In this document: positions 26,249 through 35,847 of the stretch, in pieces
How the letters are laid out: each line of letters opens with the position of its first letter
Position numbering within the stretch: position 1 is the first letter of the stretch
DNA from: a virus
Lineage: Duplodnaviria; Caudoviricetes
DNA length: 64,000 nucleotides
Virus record (IMG/VR): IMGVR_UViG_3300037634_007228
Coordinates: 1-64,000 of that record
Reading direction: 5' to 3' (one strand)
Notes under the pieces: generated by a model
The model's database searches: none
Told to the model about the DNA's origin: nothing
Seen by the model: only the letters and a program-made list of their open reading frames with translations
Made by a program: the position numbers and the translations under genes

Positions 26249-27261
26249 TAGTAATCAAGGCGTACTCGCACCGTTATTTCATTTGCTGGCGTTTTCTTGA
26301 TTGGTTCGCTCAATTTAGCGACCGCTAGCAACTCATTATCAGCCGAATACAGACCAACCGTGGTAAAATAGGTAAGAGGTAAATCATCAGGAAGTTCTTT
26401 TACAAAAATCTGCGAAGAGGTCAAATAAGTCGGATTTGAACTATAATTAAAATCCGAATTTGTGGCTCGGCAGAAATAAATGGTAGAGTTAAGTTCCGTT
26501 GTATTATTGAATGAACAATCATACCATCGTCTTCGAAGACCCGCTGTAAACGCATCAATCGTAGAACCAGTCAGCGCGTTGTCACAAGCGTCTCCAGCAG
26601 CATCAAACGTGGTTACTCCGTGGAAAATTGAAGCAGACAGAACGACGACTCCAGCGTCATAATAAATCAAACCCACTGGATTGGAGTCGCCACTTTTAAT
26701 GATTCCATAGTCGCCTGCTGGGGAGTTTACTTTGTAGTTGTTTGCTGCGCCAGCGTCGGTGAAAGTGCCTATGTCGGTAGGAGCGGTATAAGTGCCCGAT
26801 GTAAAAAATGAAATAGAAAAAGAACCCTTTTGAATAGCATCTTTGGATAAAATACGCGAGAAGTTCAAGAATATGGAGTCTTGATTCTTTGTTCCACCGG
26901 CTGCAAAGTTGCCATCTTGATCAAACTCTTGAGCAGACCCAGTTGAATCAAACCCTGCCAAGACCTGTGCCATTGAGTTATAAATGTTAATCTTTTTCTT
27001 TTGCATAGTTGTGGTTGCTGCGGACGCACTTAAAGACGAATTAGCCGAATACCCACAGGTTAAATCAAAGATGTGATTAGCAGACGAACTCAAATAAGGA
27101 TAATCATATACCGAAACAAACATGCCGTGAGAAAAAGTTTTGATGTTTGTGTCGGCATAAGTGCCGCTGACTATTGTTCCGGTTAGCGGAAGAGCTTCAT
27201 GCAGAAGCGTCTTGGTCGCTGTCCTATCCTTGGGAGTTAGTGTTTTAAAAGAGCTTGCCAT
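26248..27261 (-). CDS. Virion structural (baseplate/tail) protein, paralogue of 25163-26248
   Basis: FNYSSNPTY, TTVGLYSADNELLAVAKLSEPIKK, VRLDY. Confidence 0.72.
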   Translation of the reverse strand: MASSFKTLTPKDRTATKTLLHEALPLTGTIVSGTYADTNIKTFSHGMFVSVYDYPYLSSSANHIFDLTCGYSANSSLSASAATTTMQKKKINIYNSMAQVLAGFDSTGSAQEFDQDGNFAAGGTKNQDSIFLNFSRILSKDAIQKGSFSISFFTSGTYTAPTDIGTFTDAGAANNYKVNSPAGDYGIIKSGDSNPVGLIYYDAGVVVLSASIFHGVTTFDAAGDACDNALTGSTIDAFTAGLRRRWYDCSFNNTTELNSTIYFCRATNSDFNYSSNPTYLTSSQIFVKELPDDLPLTYFTTVGLYSADNELLAVAKLSEPIKKTPANEITVRVRLDY

Positions 27262-27265
27262 TTTT

Positions 27266-28189
27266 TTATCCTGTTATCTTTTTGGCGAACCTTAGGGGGA
27301 TGTCTACTGAAAATCCCGTGGTGCCGCCTGTTATTCTTACGAGGGTGTCAATAAAGTTAAAAGTCGCTGAGTCTACTTCTGAAAATTCTACCCCGGTTGT
27401 TCCAAACTGATTATAAAGTGCATTTGAAGTCTGAAGACTGATAGAGGCTTTAAACTTAAATTCCGCCATCCCTTGAAACGGTCCCGCTATATTATTGGTC
27501 GAGTCGTCTGTGAACTGATACTGAGTGTCAATCGCATTAGTCACTATATAAGTGGCGACTTGATCATCATCAAGGAAATCGAAATCCAAGGTTTCTCCCG
27601 TTTTAACGTTAACAAGTTTACCCAAACGGTTATCGAGTTCAATTATAAGCTGGCTCTCCATTAAATCTGCATCAAGCGTGGTTTCTTTCGCTACTTTGGG
27701 TGAATCTAAACCAAAATCAACACGGACCTTGTTCGTGCCCGCGCCCTTCGAGCCATTCAAGACCCCCTGCGAGTTGATGCCCAACGTTGTCTCCGTAGCT
27801 AAATCCACAGCAACGACGTATGTATTGCCGTTGTCGGCATCAGTATATAAGCCGTAGCCCGTGTCGGTGATATTTTGTTTTATAATCGGCAAATACAACA
27901 AATCGTTTCTTGTATATGAAACAAGGCGGTGTTTTAAAAGCGACGTATTATTCGTGAATGCCTCTAAAACAGGTGTCTGCAAAATGCTCAAATCGTAAAA
28001 AGCAGAACCGGATGTATTTCTGCCGCCGACGTAGTTGATGTTTTCATAAGACCAATAATTGATCTCATCATCTCCCAGAGCAAATTTAACGATCTTAAAA
28101 GAGCCGTCGCCTTTTGCCAAACGCATCCTACCTGTGTCGGTTAGGACGGCGTCTAAAATAATATCTCCACTGTTATCTAAAAATGCCAT
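27266..28189 (-). CDS. Virion structural protein
   Basis: MAFLDNSGDIILDAVLTDTGR...FALGDDEINY N-terminus; SD AAGAGG. Confidence 0.7.
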   Translation of the reverse strand: MAFLDNSGDIILDAVLTDTGRMRLAKGDGSFKIVKFALGDDEINYWSYENINYVGGRNTSGSAFYDLSILQTPVLEAFTNNTSLLKHRLVSYTRNDLLYLPIIKQNITDTGYGLYTDADNGNTYVVAVDLATETTLGINSQGVLNGSKGAGTNKVRVDFGLDSPKVAKETTLDADLMESQLIIELDNRLGKLVNVKTGETLDFDFLDDDQVATYIVTNAIDTQYQFTDDSTNNIAGPFQGMAEFKFKASISLQTSNALYNQFGTTGVEFSEVDSATFNFIDTLVRITGGTTGFSVDIPLRFAKKITG

Positions 28190-28203
28190 AATACTTCCTC
28201 TTA

Positions 28204-31200
28204 CTAAGTAGATGTAAGTTTGTTAAAGTTCGCTATAAGTGATTCCAAAGCTTGCTGGTCCAGCTTGTTATTTTTAATCTTTTTAATGATTGCTTCTATC
28301 AATTTGGGATCAACACTTGTTTCGTTCTCCTTCTTAATTAGTGCGTTCAAACCTTTTGTGGACAACGCAAAATAATTAGATAGTTCTTTGAAGTCGCCGC
28401 CTGAATAACCTTTGGCTTTTATTTGTTCTGTGGTTTGTTCAGAGCCACCAATGGTGTCCAACTTCTTTATTTTAGGAAAGAAGTTCAAATCGATTTCCCT
28501 TCCGGTCGTTTTAGAACGAACCCTTATTTTAAAATATCTGGTGCCATCTGTCCACTTCAATCCTTCTCCGGTTAGTCCAATACGATTAAAAAGCTTTTTG
28601 GAACTGTCATTCTTTTCCACTTTATCTCCGTAACCATCAACATTGTAAGGTTCGGCTTGAAAAGATGATAAGCCGACTGCCACAACTCCGTTGGAAGTAA
28701 GTGGCTTAAATACTGGCTGTGGTGTCTTCTCTATCGGAAAAGCGTAGGGCTTAGTGTCACCAATGTGGATATCCCCGTCATCATAAACATTGACCTCTCT
28801 GACGGGAGATGGACGAGATGGATAACCGTGAGCATTAATGGTGCGAAAAGTGTAATAATAAGTTGTGTTGGGCTTAATCGTATCCACAAATTCCACGCCA
28901 TTTATCTTTTCCACTTCAAACATTTTGGCTTTCTCAAAATCGACGTAACCTGTTGGGGCACTGTCTAGCCTAAAAATTTGATATTTGACGATAGGTGATT
29001 TTGAAGCAAACTCAAAATCAAACAGCAGGTCACCCGCTTGCTTCATCGTCTCATCCGAGATGCCGCCGATGGTCCAGCCCTGCCACATCTTCTCTGCGTC
29101 AGCCACAACTGTACCTTTGGCTATCTTGGAAAGAATCTTTACCATCTCAGACCCCACCGACGAATCGTACAAACCCACACCAGTTTGTTTCTTTAAAATT
29201 TTATTAAAAATCTCCATATCTTTGCCGGGGCTGTTGGGCTTATCGGTGGTAGTTTTTAAGGGAATAAAAACATCTGACACGTTGGGAACATTATCCGACA
29301 AAACCATCTTTACCTTGGAAGCATCTAGTCGGCTGGGTATAACCAAAGCAGTGGGATAGACCGGCAGGGAATCCATAATATAATTAGGTTCTGTTTCCCA
29401 CACCAAGACTTTCATAATTCTCAAATCAGGATAAGAAAGAAAATTTGCCTTGTACACTGCGGTTTTGTAAAAGCTCGTGGTGTCGAACTTAGATTTGTCG
29501 TCGCGAACCGCCGTGCCAACACTTATAACATGACAGAAAAATCTGTATACATAAGGTGTGTTATAAAGAGGTCCAGAATCTACCACCTTTAAGAGTTCTT
29601 CTCTATTCATAGACGCTGGAAACATGTATTCCCTTTCATAAGTTTTAAGTCCATTGTCTTCTACCTTGAAACGCGCCACAGAATACGCCAGCACTTCCAC
29701 ATAATTTTTTAAGGGGGCTTTTCTATAGTTTCCCTTTTCATCAAAAACTCGTTCGAGCAAAGGTTTGTAGTGTTTGTTGACAAACTCTTCCATTCGGGAT
29801 GCAAAAATAAAAGCATCAAAGTCACTAACCATAGTATTTTCACTAAACTCGCGGTAAATAAAATCGGTGCGGGCGACGAATGGCTTCTCGGCAGCAGCGC
29901 CGACTTTGCCGCCTTCCAAATACGCTTCATCGATGGTCATGGCGTTGCCATTGGGTTTGAAGCCGAAGCCCCCGAAGGCGGGGTCCATCGTTATAAGCTG
30001 TTCCGAGATAGTCTTTTGCGGTCCATCCCACAAATCTTTCAACTTCGCGGTTTGCTTCGTAGTAACGCGGTTGGGGGAAATAAAACCCCCTGCCTTGAAA
30101 GCCCACTTTAAAGTCTCAGCGACCATTGGCGCACGTTCAATCCAATATTGTTCTTTTTTATTCATCCCCAACAACCGCGAGATCTCTTTAAAATCTACGC
30201 TCCCATCATCGGAGAGTGAGAAAAATGGTTTGTTCTGACGGTCAATCAAATTATAAACGAACGTCTCATACATATCCATGTCTTTTAAAATTTTCTTGAA
30301 TTCGTTATTAGAGTTTTGGGGAATGATGTTATAATTGGCTTCAACCACAAAATTATATGGCAACACTTTTTCATGGCTCGACACCCGATTAAGAAGCTCT
30401 ACATCACCCACAATATAAGCTGAAGAATTATAAGCTTTGGCAGTAGTGTTTAAGCCGGTGGACGGCATCGTATCTTTGTCATATTTTTTCTTGCTCAAAT
30501 AAGTAGAATAAAAGCTGTCCAATTTTAACTTCTCTTTGCCCTTTGCCACACCATCAGTCCAATGAGCAGAGTTCCCCCACTGAGCGGGGTATGTCATTGA
30601 TCCGTAGCCGGTTTTCTTGGTGACCTCCGGTATTATACGTTTGGTTTGTTTCCACCTCGTCTCAGCAATATATGTTCCCACTAAGATGGGCTTTTCTCTC
30701 ATTACCAAAGAATTATACGCATAAAAATCCTGGGGCTTGGCAATTTTTCGATATTCGTCCGATGTATTTTTATCAAGCGACTCAAGTTTTTGAAGATAAA
30801 AGTTATAGTTGGGTTCTGCCTTCACATACACACTTCCCTTTGTTTCTGAAAAAACACCTTCGAACTTTGGTGGAGTGGGAGTTTCCAAATCAAAAAAATG
30901 AAGATTTTGTGGAAGCTTGGTAGTTCCCAAAGAAGCTGTCAACCTGTGAAACGGACCCTTCTTGGCGTTGTTGGTGGGCAGTGGACTTCCACCGGGCTCG
31001 TCATAAAACCAAATCTCCTTTAGTTCACGAACCACATTCCCAACCAAATAGTTATAGGGACCATCTTTTAACTGTGCTACCTCGTCAGGGGTCGGATCTT
31101 TAAGAATTTTCTCCACCCACGAAGGGTCGGTGTGGTCCTGACTGGCGGCAGCGCCGGGACGAAGAGCATACGAAGCGCCCGTGCCCTCTGCCCAATCAAG

Positions 31201-31296
31201 GGCGTAATGAATGCTTACTATAATAGGATTATTAGGCGCAGAGTTGACCGGAGTTCCCGATCTGCCGCCGCCCTTAAATATAAAACTAGTTCGCAT
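28204..31296 (-). CDS. Large virion-associated protein (1030 aa) with C-terminal FN3-like segment
   Basis: FVDTIKPNTTYYYTFRTINAHGYPSRPS; preceded by the ACTATTTAC motif. Confidence 0.65.
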   Translation of the reverse strand: MRTSFIFKGGGRSGTPVNSAPNNPIIVSIHYALDWAEGTGASYALRPGAAASQDHTDPSWVEKILKDPTPDEVAQLKDGPYNYLVGNVVRELKEIWFYDEPGGSPLPTNNAKKGPFHRLTASLGTTKLPQNLHFFDLETPTPPKFEGVFSETKGSVYVKAEPNYNFYLQKLESLDKNTSDEYRKIAKPQDFYAYNSLVMREKPILVGTYIAETRWKQTKRIIPEVTKKTGYGSMTYPAQWGNSAHWTDGVAKGKEKLKLDSFYSTYLSKKKYDKDTMPSTGLNTTAKAYNSSAYIVGDVELLNRVSSHEKVLPYNFVVEANYNIIPQNSNNEFKKILKDMDMYETFVYNLIDRQNKPFFSLSDDGSVDFKEISRLLGMNKKEQYWIERAPMVAETLKWAFKAGGFISPNRVTTKQTAKLKDLWDGPQKTISEQLITMDPAFGGFGFKPNGNAMTIDEAYLEGGKVGAAAEKPFVARTDFIYREFSENTMVSDFDAFIFASRMEEFVNKHYKPLLERVFDEKGNYRKAPLKNYVEVLAYSVARFKVEDNGLKTYEREYMFPASMNREELLKVVDSGPLYNTPYVYRFFCHVISVGTAVRDDKSKFDTTSFYKTAVYKANFLSYPDLRIMKVLVWETEPNYIMDSLPVYPTALVIPSRLDASKVKMVLSDNVPNVSDVFIPLKTTTDKPNSPGKDMEIFNKILKKQTGVGLYDSSVGSEMVKILSKIAKGTVVADAEKMWQGWTIGGISDETMKQAGDLLFDFEFASKSPIVKYQIFRLDSAPTGYVDFEKAKMFEVEKINGVEFVDTIKPNTTYYYTFRTINAHGYPSRPSPVREVNVYDDGDIHIGDTKPYAFPIEKTPQPVFKPLTSNGVVAVGLSSFQAEPYNVDGYGDKVEKNDSSKKLFNRIGLTGEGLKWTDGTRYFKIRVRSKTTGREIDLNFFPKIKKLDTIGGSEQTTEQIKAKGYSGGDFKELSNYFALSTKGLNALIKKENETSVDPKLIEAIIKKIKNNKLDQQALESLIANFNKLTST

Positions 31297-31300
31297 ATTC

Positions 31301-31309
31301 GTAAATAGT
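31301..31309 (-). promoter_or_regulatory. Candidate late promoter motif ACTATTTAC
   Basis: In a 23 nt intergenic gap, 4 nt upstream of ATG 31296. Confidence 0.5.
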
Positions 31310-31319
31310 TGTTAAGGCT

Positions 31320-34300
31320 TTAATATTTGCCCTTGCCAAAGTTCATTGGAATGTTAAGCGGCATCTTGCCCTTAATGGATTTTGCCCCTTGTTTTCCAAC
31401 TTGTTGAGCGCCGTCAGCGCCTTGAGCGCCGGTCTGTTTTACTTCCATCTTTCCAACTGCGCCTTCAATAGATTTGCCGGATTTGCTAGACTTACCTGTA
31501 GTCTTGGACGATGCCACATTACCAAAAAGGTTAGAAAGCACCCCTACAGACACCGACATCGTCTTCATCGCGGTTTCTCCCTTCGACACCGATTGTGCTG
31601 CCAGCGACACACCGGCAGAGGAAAGCCCCGTTACGGGACCACTAGGAAACGGAGATACTGATTTGCTTGGGATTTCAAACAGGCTTTGTTTTAATCCCAT
31701 CGAGACCACGTCTTTCATGGCGGGTAACATAGCCTTAGAAAAAACGTTCATCGCGGCTTTGTCTACGTCGAATTCAACAGGCGGCGTGTCTGGTGCTTTT
31801 ATATTGGGGATCTTAAAGGTGATCTTGCCAGAAACATTCTTAGTAGTAAAAATAAAATATTGATCAACAATCCGCTGATTTAATGGAAAGCCACTCGTTA
31901 ATTGCCATCGAGCTAATACGTTGGGACTAGTTAAATTATTTTTCACCTCTCTATACGGCTGCCAACTGCTGCCCTTGTTGGAATTGGCATTGGACATAAA
32001 CACATACATTTCTACCGTATTTGTAAATAATAAAACAGAAAGAATGGAGTTCCCATCACTAAGCTTTTTACCTTGATCCAATTGAAGATAAAGTGACTTC
32101 AAATCCGCAGATGCTTCAAAAGATGTGGGTTCGTTACCCAAAGCATAAAGAGGCACATCCACATCAGCCCAGCCGCTCCACGAAGAGGGCGTAGCCATCC
32201 ACCTCAACAAACCGCCTTCATCCCCAAAATAATCCGCAAACTTTTGTGCGCCCACTTGATTAATAAAATTATATATCGTGGTTAGTTTCTGGAGATCTTG
32301 ATAATTTGAAACGTCTTGCTCGGGCTCATTTTTAGGATTAAACGGATTACCAGAGCCGCCAAAAAAATCGAGGAAAGACAGTTTAGAAAGATCTGAGGGG
32401 GATGTAAACGCCTCTTCTCTCGTTGAATCTATAATAGAAACCCCATCCTTCAACAACGAATCTAACAAAGGTGAAATTACCGCGCTGACTTGGGTGTCTT
32501 GGGTAGGAGCTTTATAAGATTTAGCTTCGCCTTTTTGCATACTCAACACAAAATCGGTTAAGTGCGACTCATTCAGAATAAATATATTGTCATCATTAAG
32601 TGTTTGGATAGATGCGTTGCCTGCCGTCAAGGCGAGCGGCGTTATTCTTTCGCGCAAATTAATTTTTCCGTATGAACCCGTATTACCAAGATATTTTGCG
32701 ATTTCAAGCTTTTGTAGCGTTTCATATTGTCCCTTGTCGAGTGTAATCGCGAAGCTTTCGGAGCTTTTTACAGGTGTTTCTTTCGAAAAATAATCCAAAA
32801 AGAAATGAGCCGGTTCATCATATCCAACACTATAGTTGGTGCTACCGTCAGCGAGTGGTCCTGAAGGGAGTTTGTAATAGTTAGTGGAGATTGCTGGAGC
32901 CTTCGAGGAATCTCCTTTAATCTTCTGTGTGACGTTGGGCATTATATCAAACGTTTTTACTTGGTTAAGAGACTCTTGGATGAGGTCTTTTATTATAAAA
33001 AATGTACCGGGAGTTAAAACGGTCGTGCCCGCGTTCTTATCAACACTTAAAAGCTTCCCCACGGCAGAAGCAACTTGCTGCGCCGAGGCGATGGCTGGCT
33101 TATCAGCGTCGACCAACTCGACGAGGCGCACAAACAAAGTATTAAAACTCTGTTTAAGCCTAGTCAAAATGTCTCCAAACTCCTCAACAAATTTTGGAGT
33201 CATTCTTCCAAAATCCGCATCATAAAACTTGGAGAGCATTATTACATTTTCTAATCCGCCGAACATGTTTAAATATTTGCTTACGGTCACCAAGCTGCTG
33301 CTCAGATCGAATCCAAATTTTGAATCAAAAGTTATTTTTACACGATATTCATATTTGTATTTCTTGTTAACTGTTTTATCCTTCACAACAAAAATGGTTT
33401 TTTGAATCTCGGCAGTAGAACAATCATAGCCCCGCAACACAATTTTATCTGTGCCCTGGGGGATGACTTGACCAGAAAATAAACCCTTTAATCCGGCGGT
33501 CATCCATGAAGACCAAATGGTCTCTTCCAAAAAATCTTTAGTAAATTTTTCACTTATGTTCTTAGCCACCTTTTTTCTCAAAAGAGACATGCTTTTAATG
33601 TTCAGCCCGTAAGCATTGCTTCCGTTATTAAAACTGAGAGCCGTTTTCATAAATTTGCCCATATCAAACATAAACGCCAAATTCATAGTAGTAGGTGCCG
33701 TGTCATCCCAGAAAAATATTTGACTAAAAGGTGATTCCATTGCTTCCAGTTTGTGACTATCAAAATAATCTTTAAAAGACATATCAGCTATCTTGTTCGC
33801 AGTTAGAAGGTTGGAAACGATGTCCTGATTCTCCCCCAAATCAAAAATATCTCCTTTACCAAAACCCACAAAATTAGATAAGGCGGCTGGATCAGAGACG
33901 ACTGCCGATGTAAGACCGGGATCGTTTTCAGGAACAGGAAGCTTTGTTAAAATCTCAGTACCAAGTCCGGGGTCAGGAAGTTTATGAATGTGGGTTTCAG
34001 ACGCAATACCGGTTTTACTTGCTGGTTTAACGTCATAATCAACTATGTCATGTGAGTGGTGTATGACTCCATACCAATTCTGATCTTGGATATAGGCGTA
34101 GTTGGACGACACATCAGAGACACCATCTCCAAACTCGTTTACTGTATAATGGTGAGTATGTTGCCAATCCAAAGATGTAATTCCGCCCTTGGGAACTTCT
34201 TCTAGAGTTACAGCCGAATACGGTCCTGTCCACATTTTGCCGTCGTTGGTTTGAAGAATCTGATACTTGAAATCAACAATGCCGCCCTTGGCAATTACAA

Positions 34301-34931
34301 ACGGAAAGGCATATGCTATTGCTGAAGCTTGGGCGGCGAAGGGAAGTGCGCCGTTTGCAAGATTCGCAGATACTTGAATAAAACCCATCAAATCTACAAT
34401 GCGATCATCTGCTATAAACGTAGGGTCGCCGGGGGTCGGGTCGATGTCGGTTACTGGATGGAATTCCATCGCTTTCAAATTTTTAAACTCTACAGTATAA
34501 GTAAATTTTCTGTATTGTTGACCTCCGTATTCATAAAGTGTTGATTGAGTGAACATTTGAGGAGACGATGCATGTTGTGAATCCTTACCCCGCTTGGGCA
34601 GAAAATATTCCACACCATCCTTATTCATTTTAACGAACGGACCTTCATCACTAATGGTGGCACCTGCCGTGTTAGACCCGAAAGGGACGCCAGCTTCAAG
34701 GGCATCCTTTATATCTTGTGAAGCATCATAAGTATATAAAGCGACATTTGTGGATAACAAAGGCTTATAAGAATCAAAAATGTCTTTACCCTCCGCATCT
34801 ACGGGAGCATAGAAACAATATCGCATTTCCACACTTATACCATCTTGATCGTTAAGAACCACCGACTCGATAAGCGGGTAGGGAACCTTTTGTATGTGTA
34901 ACGAACCTATGTCAATATCATCAAAATACAT
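31320..34931 (-). CDS. Large hypothetical protein (~1200 aa) with His-rich HxH segment
   Basis: ATG 34931 overlaps upstream TAA; HTHHY..HHSHDI..THIHKL segment. Confidence 0.72.
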   Translation of the reverse strand: MYFDDIDIGSLHIQKVPYPLIESVVLNDQDGISVEMRYCFYAPVDAEGKDIFDSYKPLLSTNVALYTYDASQDIKDALEAGVPFGSNTAGATISDEGPFVKMNKDGVEYFLPKRGKDSQHASSPQMFTQSTLYEYGGQQYRKFTYTVEFKNLKAMEFHPVTDIDPTPGDPTFIADDRIVDLMGFIQVSANLANGALPFAAQASAIAYAFPFVIAKGGIVDFKYQILQTNDGKMWTGPYSAVTLEEVPKGGITSLDWQHTHHYTVNEFGDGVSDVSSNYAYIQDQNWYGVIHHSHDIVDYDVKPASKTGIASETHIHKLPDPGLGTEILTKLPVPENDPGLTSAVVSDPAALSNFVGFGKGDIFDLGENQDIVSNLLTANKIADMSFKDYFDSHKLEAMESPFSQIFFWDDTAPTTMNLAFMFDMGKFMKTALSFNNGSNAYGLNIKSMSLLRKKVAKNISEKFTKDFLEETIWSSWMTAGLKGLFSGQVIPQGTDKIVLRGYDCSTAEIQKTIFVVKDKTVNKKYKYEYRVKITFDSKFGFDLSSSLVTVSKYLNMFGGLENVIMLSKFYDADFGRMTPKFVEEFGDILTRLKQSFNTLFVRLVELVDADKPAIASAQQVASAVGKLLSVDKNAGTTVLTPGTFFIIKDLIQESLNQVKTFDIMPNVTQKIKGDSSKAPAISTNYYKLPSGPLADGSTNYSVGYDEPAHFFLDYFSKETPVKSSESFAITLDKGQYETLQKLEIAKYLGNTGSYGKINLRERITPLALTAGNASIQTLNDDNIFILNESHLTDFVLSMQKGEAKSYKAPTQDTQVSAVISPLLDSLLKDGVSIIDSTREEAFTSPSDLSKLSFLDFFGGSGNPFNPKNEPEQDVSNYQDLQKLTTIYNFINQVGAQKFADYFGDEGGLLRWMATPSSWSGWADVDVPLYALGNEPTSFEASADLKSLYLQLDQGKKLSDGNSILSVLLFTNTVEMYVFMSNANSNKGSSWQPYREVKNNLTSPNVLARWQLTSGFPLNQRIVDQYFIFTTKNVSGKITFKIPNIKAPDTPPVEFDVDKAAMNVFSKAMLPAMKDVVSMGLKQSLFEIPSKSVSPFPSGPVTGLSSAGVSLAAQSVSKGETAMKTMSVSVGVLSNLFGNVASSKTTGKSSKSGKSIEGAVGKMEVKQTGAQGADGAQQVGKQGAKSIKGKMPLNIPMNFGKGKY

Positions 34932-35833
34932 TAGCACTTCTCACTTTCTGGAAGGTTGTCATATAAGCCGCTGGCTGGAGAAAAACCTTGAGTCTTTTCC
35001 ATTACTAAGTTTTCTTCTGTTTGAACATCTAAATAATAAACCATTGCATCGGCATTATCTATTTCGCCCCATTGGGCAAATGGATTTAATTTTTTAAGTT
35101 GGCTTGGTTTGGTCAGCTTGGTGCCGTTGACAATAAAACTCTGTTCTATTTCGACAGTGTAACATTCTATTTCATAGGTGTCATTCATTTTTGAAGCGCC
35201 AGATTCTAACAAGAGTCCTATGGTTTGTCCACGATCAATTTTGACAATCGTCTTATCGTCAAAGACTTTTACGATTTTACTCCTAGAATCAAAACCACGC
35301 GCAGGATCATATAACTCAACTGTTCCATCGGACTGCTGGGCTTGAATAGCCACTTCATAAAGATCGTCGGGAAGCGTTTCTCTAATTACAAATGCGTTCA
35401 GTTCAAAATCCAGTTGGGGTATTTGGTATGAACCGCTACCCACCGTCACAGACTCCGCAGAAGCGGAAATTGCATTTCGCAATGCCATATAAGTAAATCG
35501 CGGAGCCACTTGGGATCCTATCTCCGAATCAGATAAGCCGAAAGAATTTTGAAATATAGACTGTAAAGTGGGCGTTGGTTGCCACGACGATTGTTTATCG
35601 AGACTGAGATGATCTGAATTTATTATAAAAGAGTTTTTTGGAGTTTGCTCCACAATTCTAGGCTCGGATTCATTTTGCGTTTCCGTAACTCCAATTTTTG
35701 CAGCGTTATAAATAATATCGTCATCCAAAAAATTATAATAAGTAGGGGAAAACAAACCATCAGCAATCATCTTCTTGCCATGTTTGGTGAGGACCAAATC
35801 GATAACCTGTTCTTTGGAATCTAAAAAACTCAT
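34931..35833 (-). CDS. Virion protein, N-terminal paralogue of 27266-28189
   Basis: MSFLDSKEQVIDLVLTKHGKKMIADGLFSPTYYNFLDDDIIY. Confidence 0.68.
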   Translation of the reverse strand: MSFLDSKEQVIDLVLTKHGKKMIADGLFSPTYYNFLDDDIIYNAAKIGVTETQNESEPRIVEQTPKNSFIINSDHLSLDKQSSWQPTPTLQSIFQNSFGLSDSEIGSQVAPRFTYMALRNAISASAESVTVGSGSYQIPQLDFELNAFVIRETLPDDLYEVAIQAQQSDGTVELYDPARGFDSRSKIVKVFDDKTIVKIDRGQTIGLLLESGASKMNDTYEIECYTVEIEQSFIVNGTKLTKPSQLKKLNPFAQWGEIDNADAMVYYLDVQTEENLVMEKTQGFSPASGLYDNLPESEKC

Positions 35834-35838
35834 GTATT

Positions 35839-35847
35839 CTAAATAGC
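35839..35847 (-). promoter_or_regulatory. Candidate late promoter motif GCTATTTAG
   Basis: In a 14 nt intergenic gap just upstream of ATG 35833. Confidence 0.5.
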
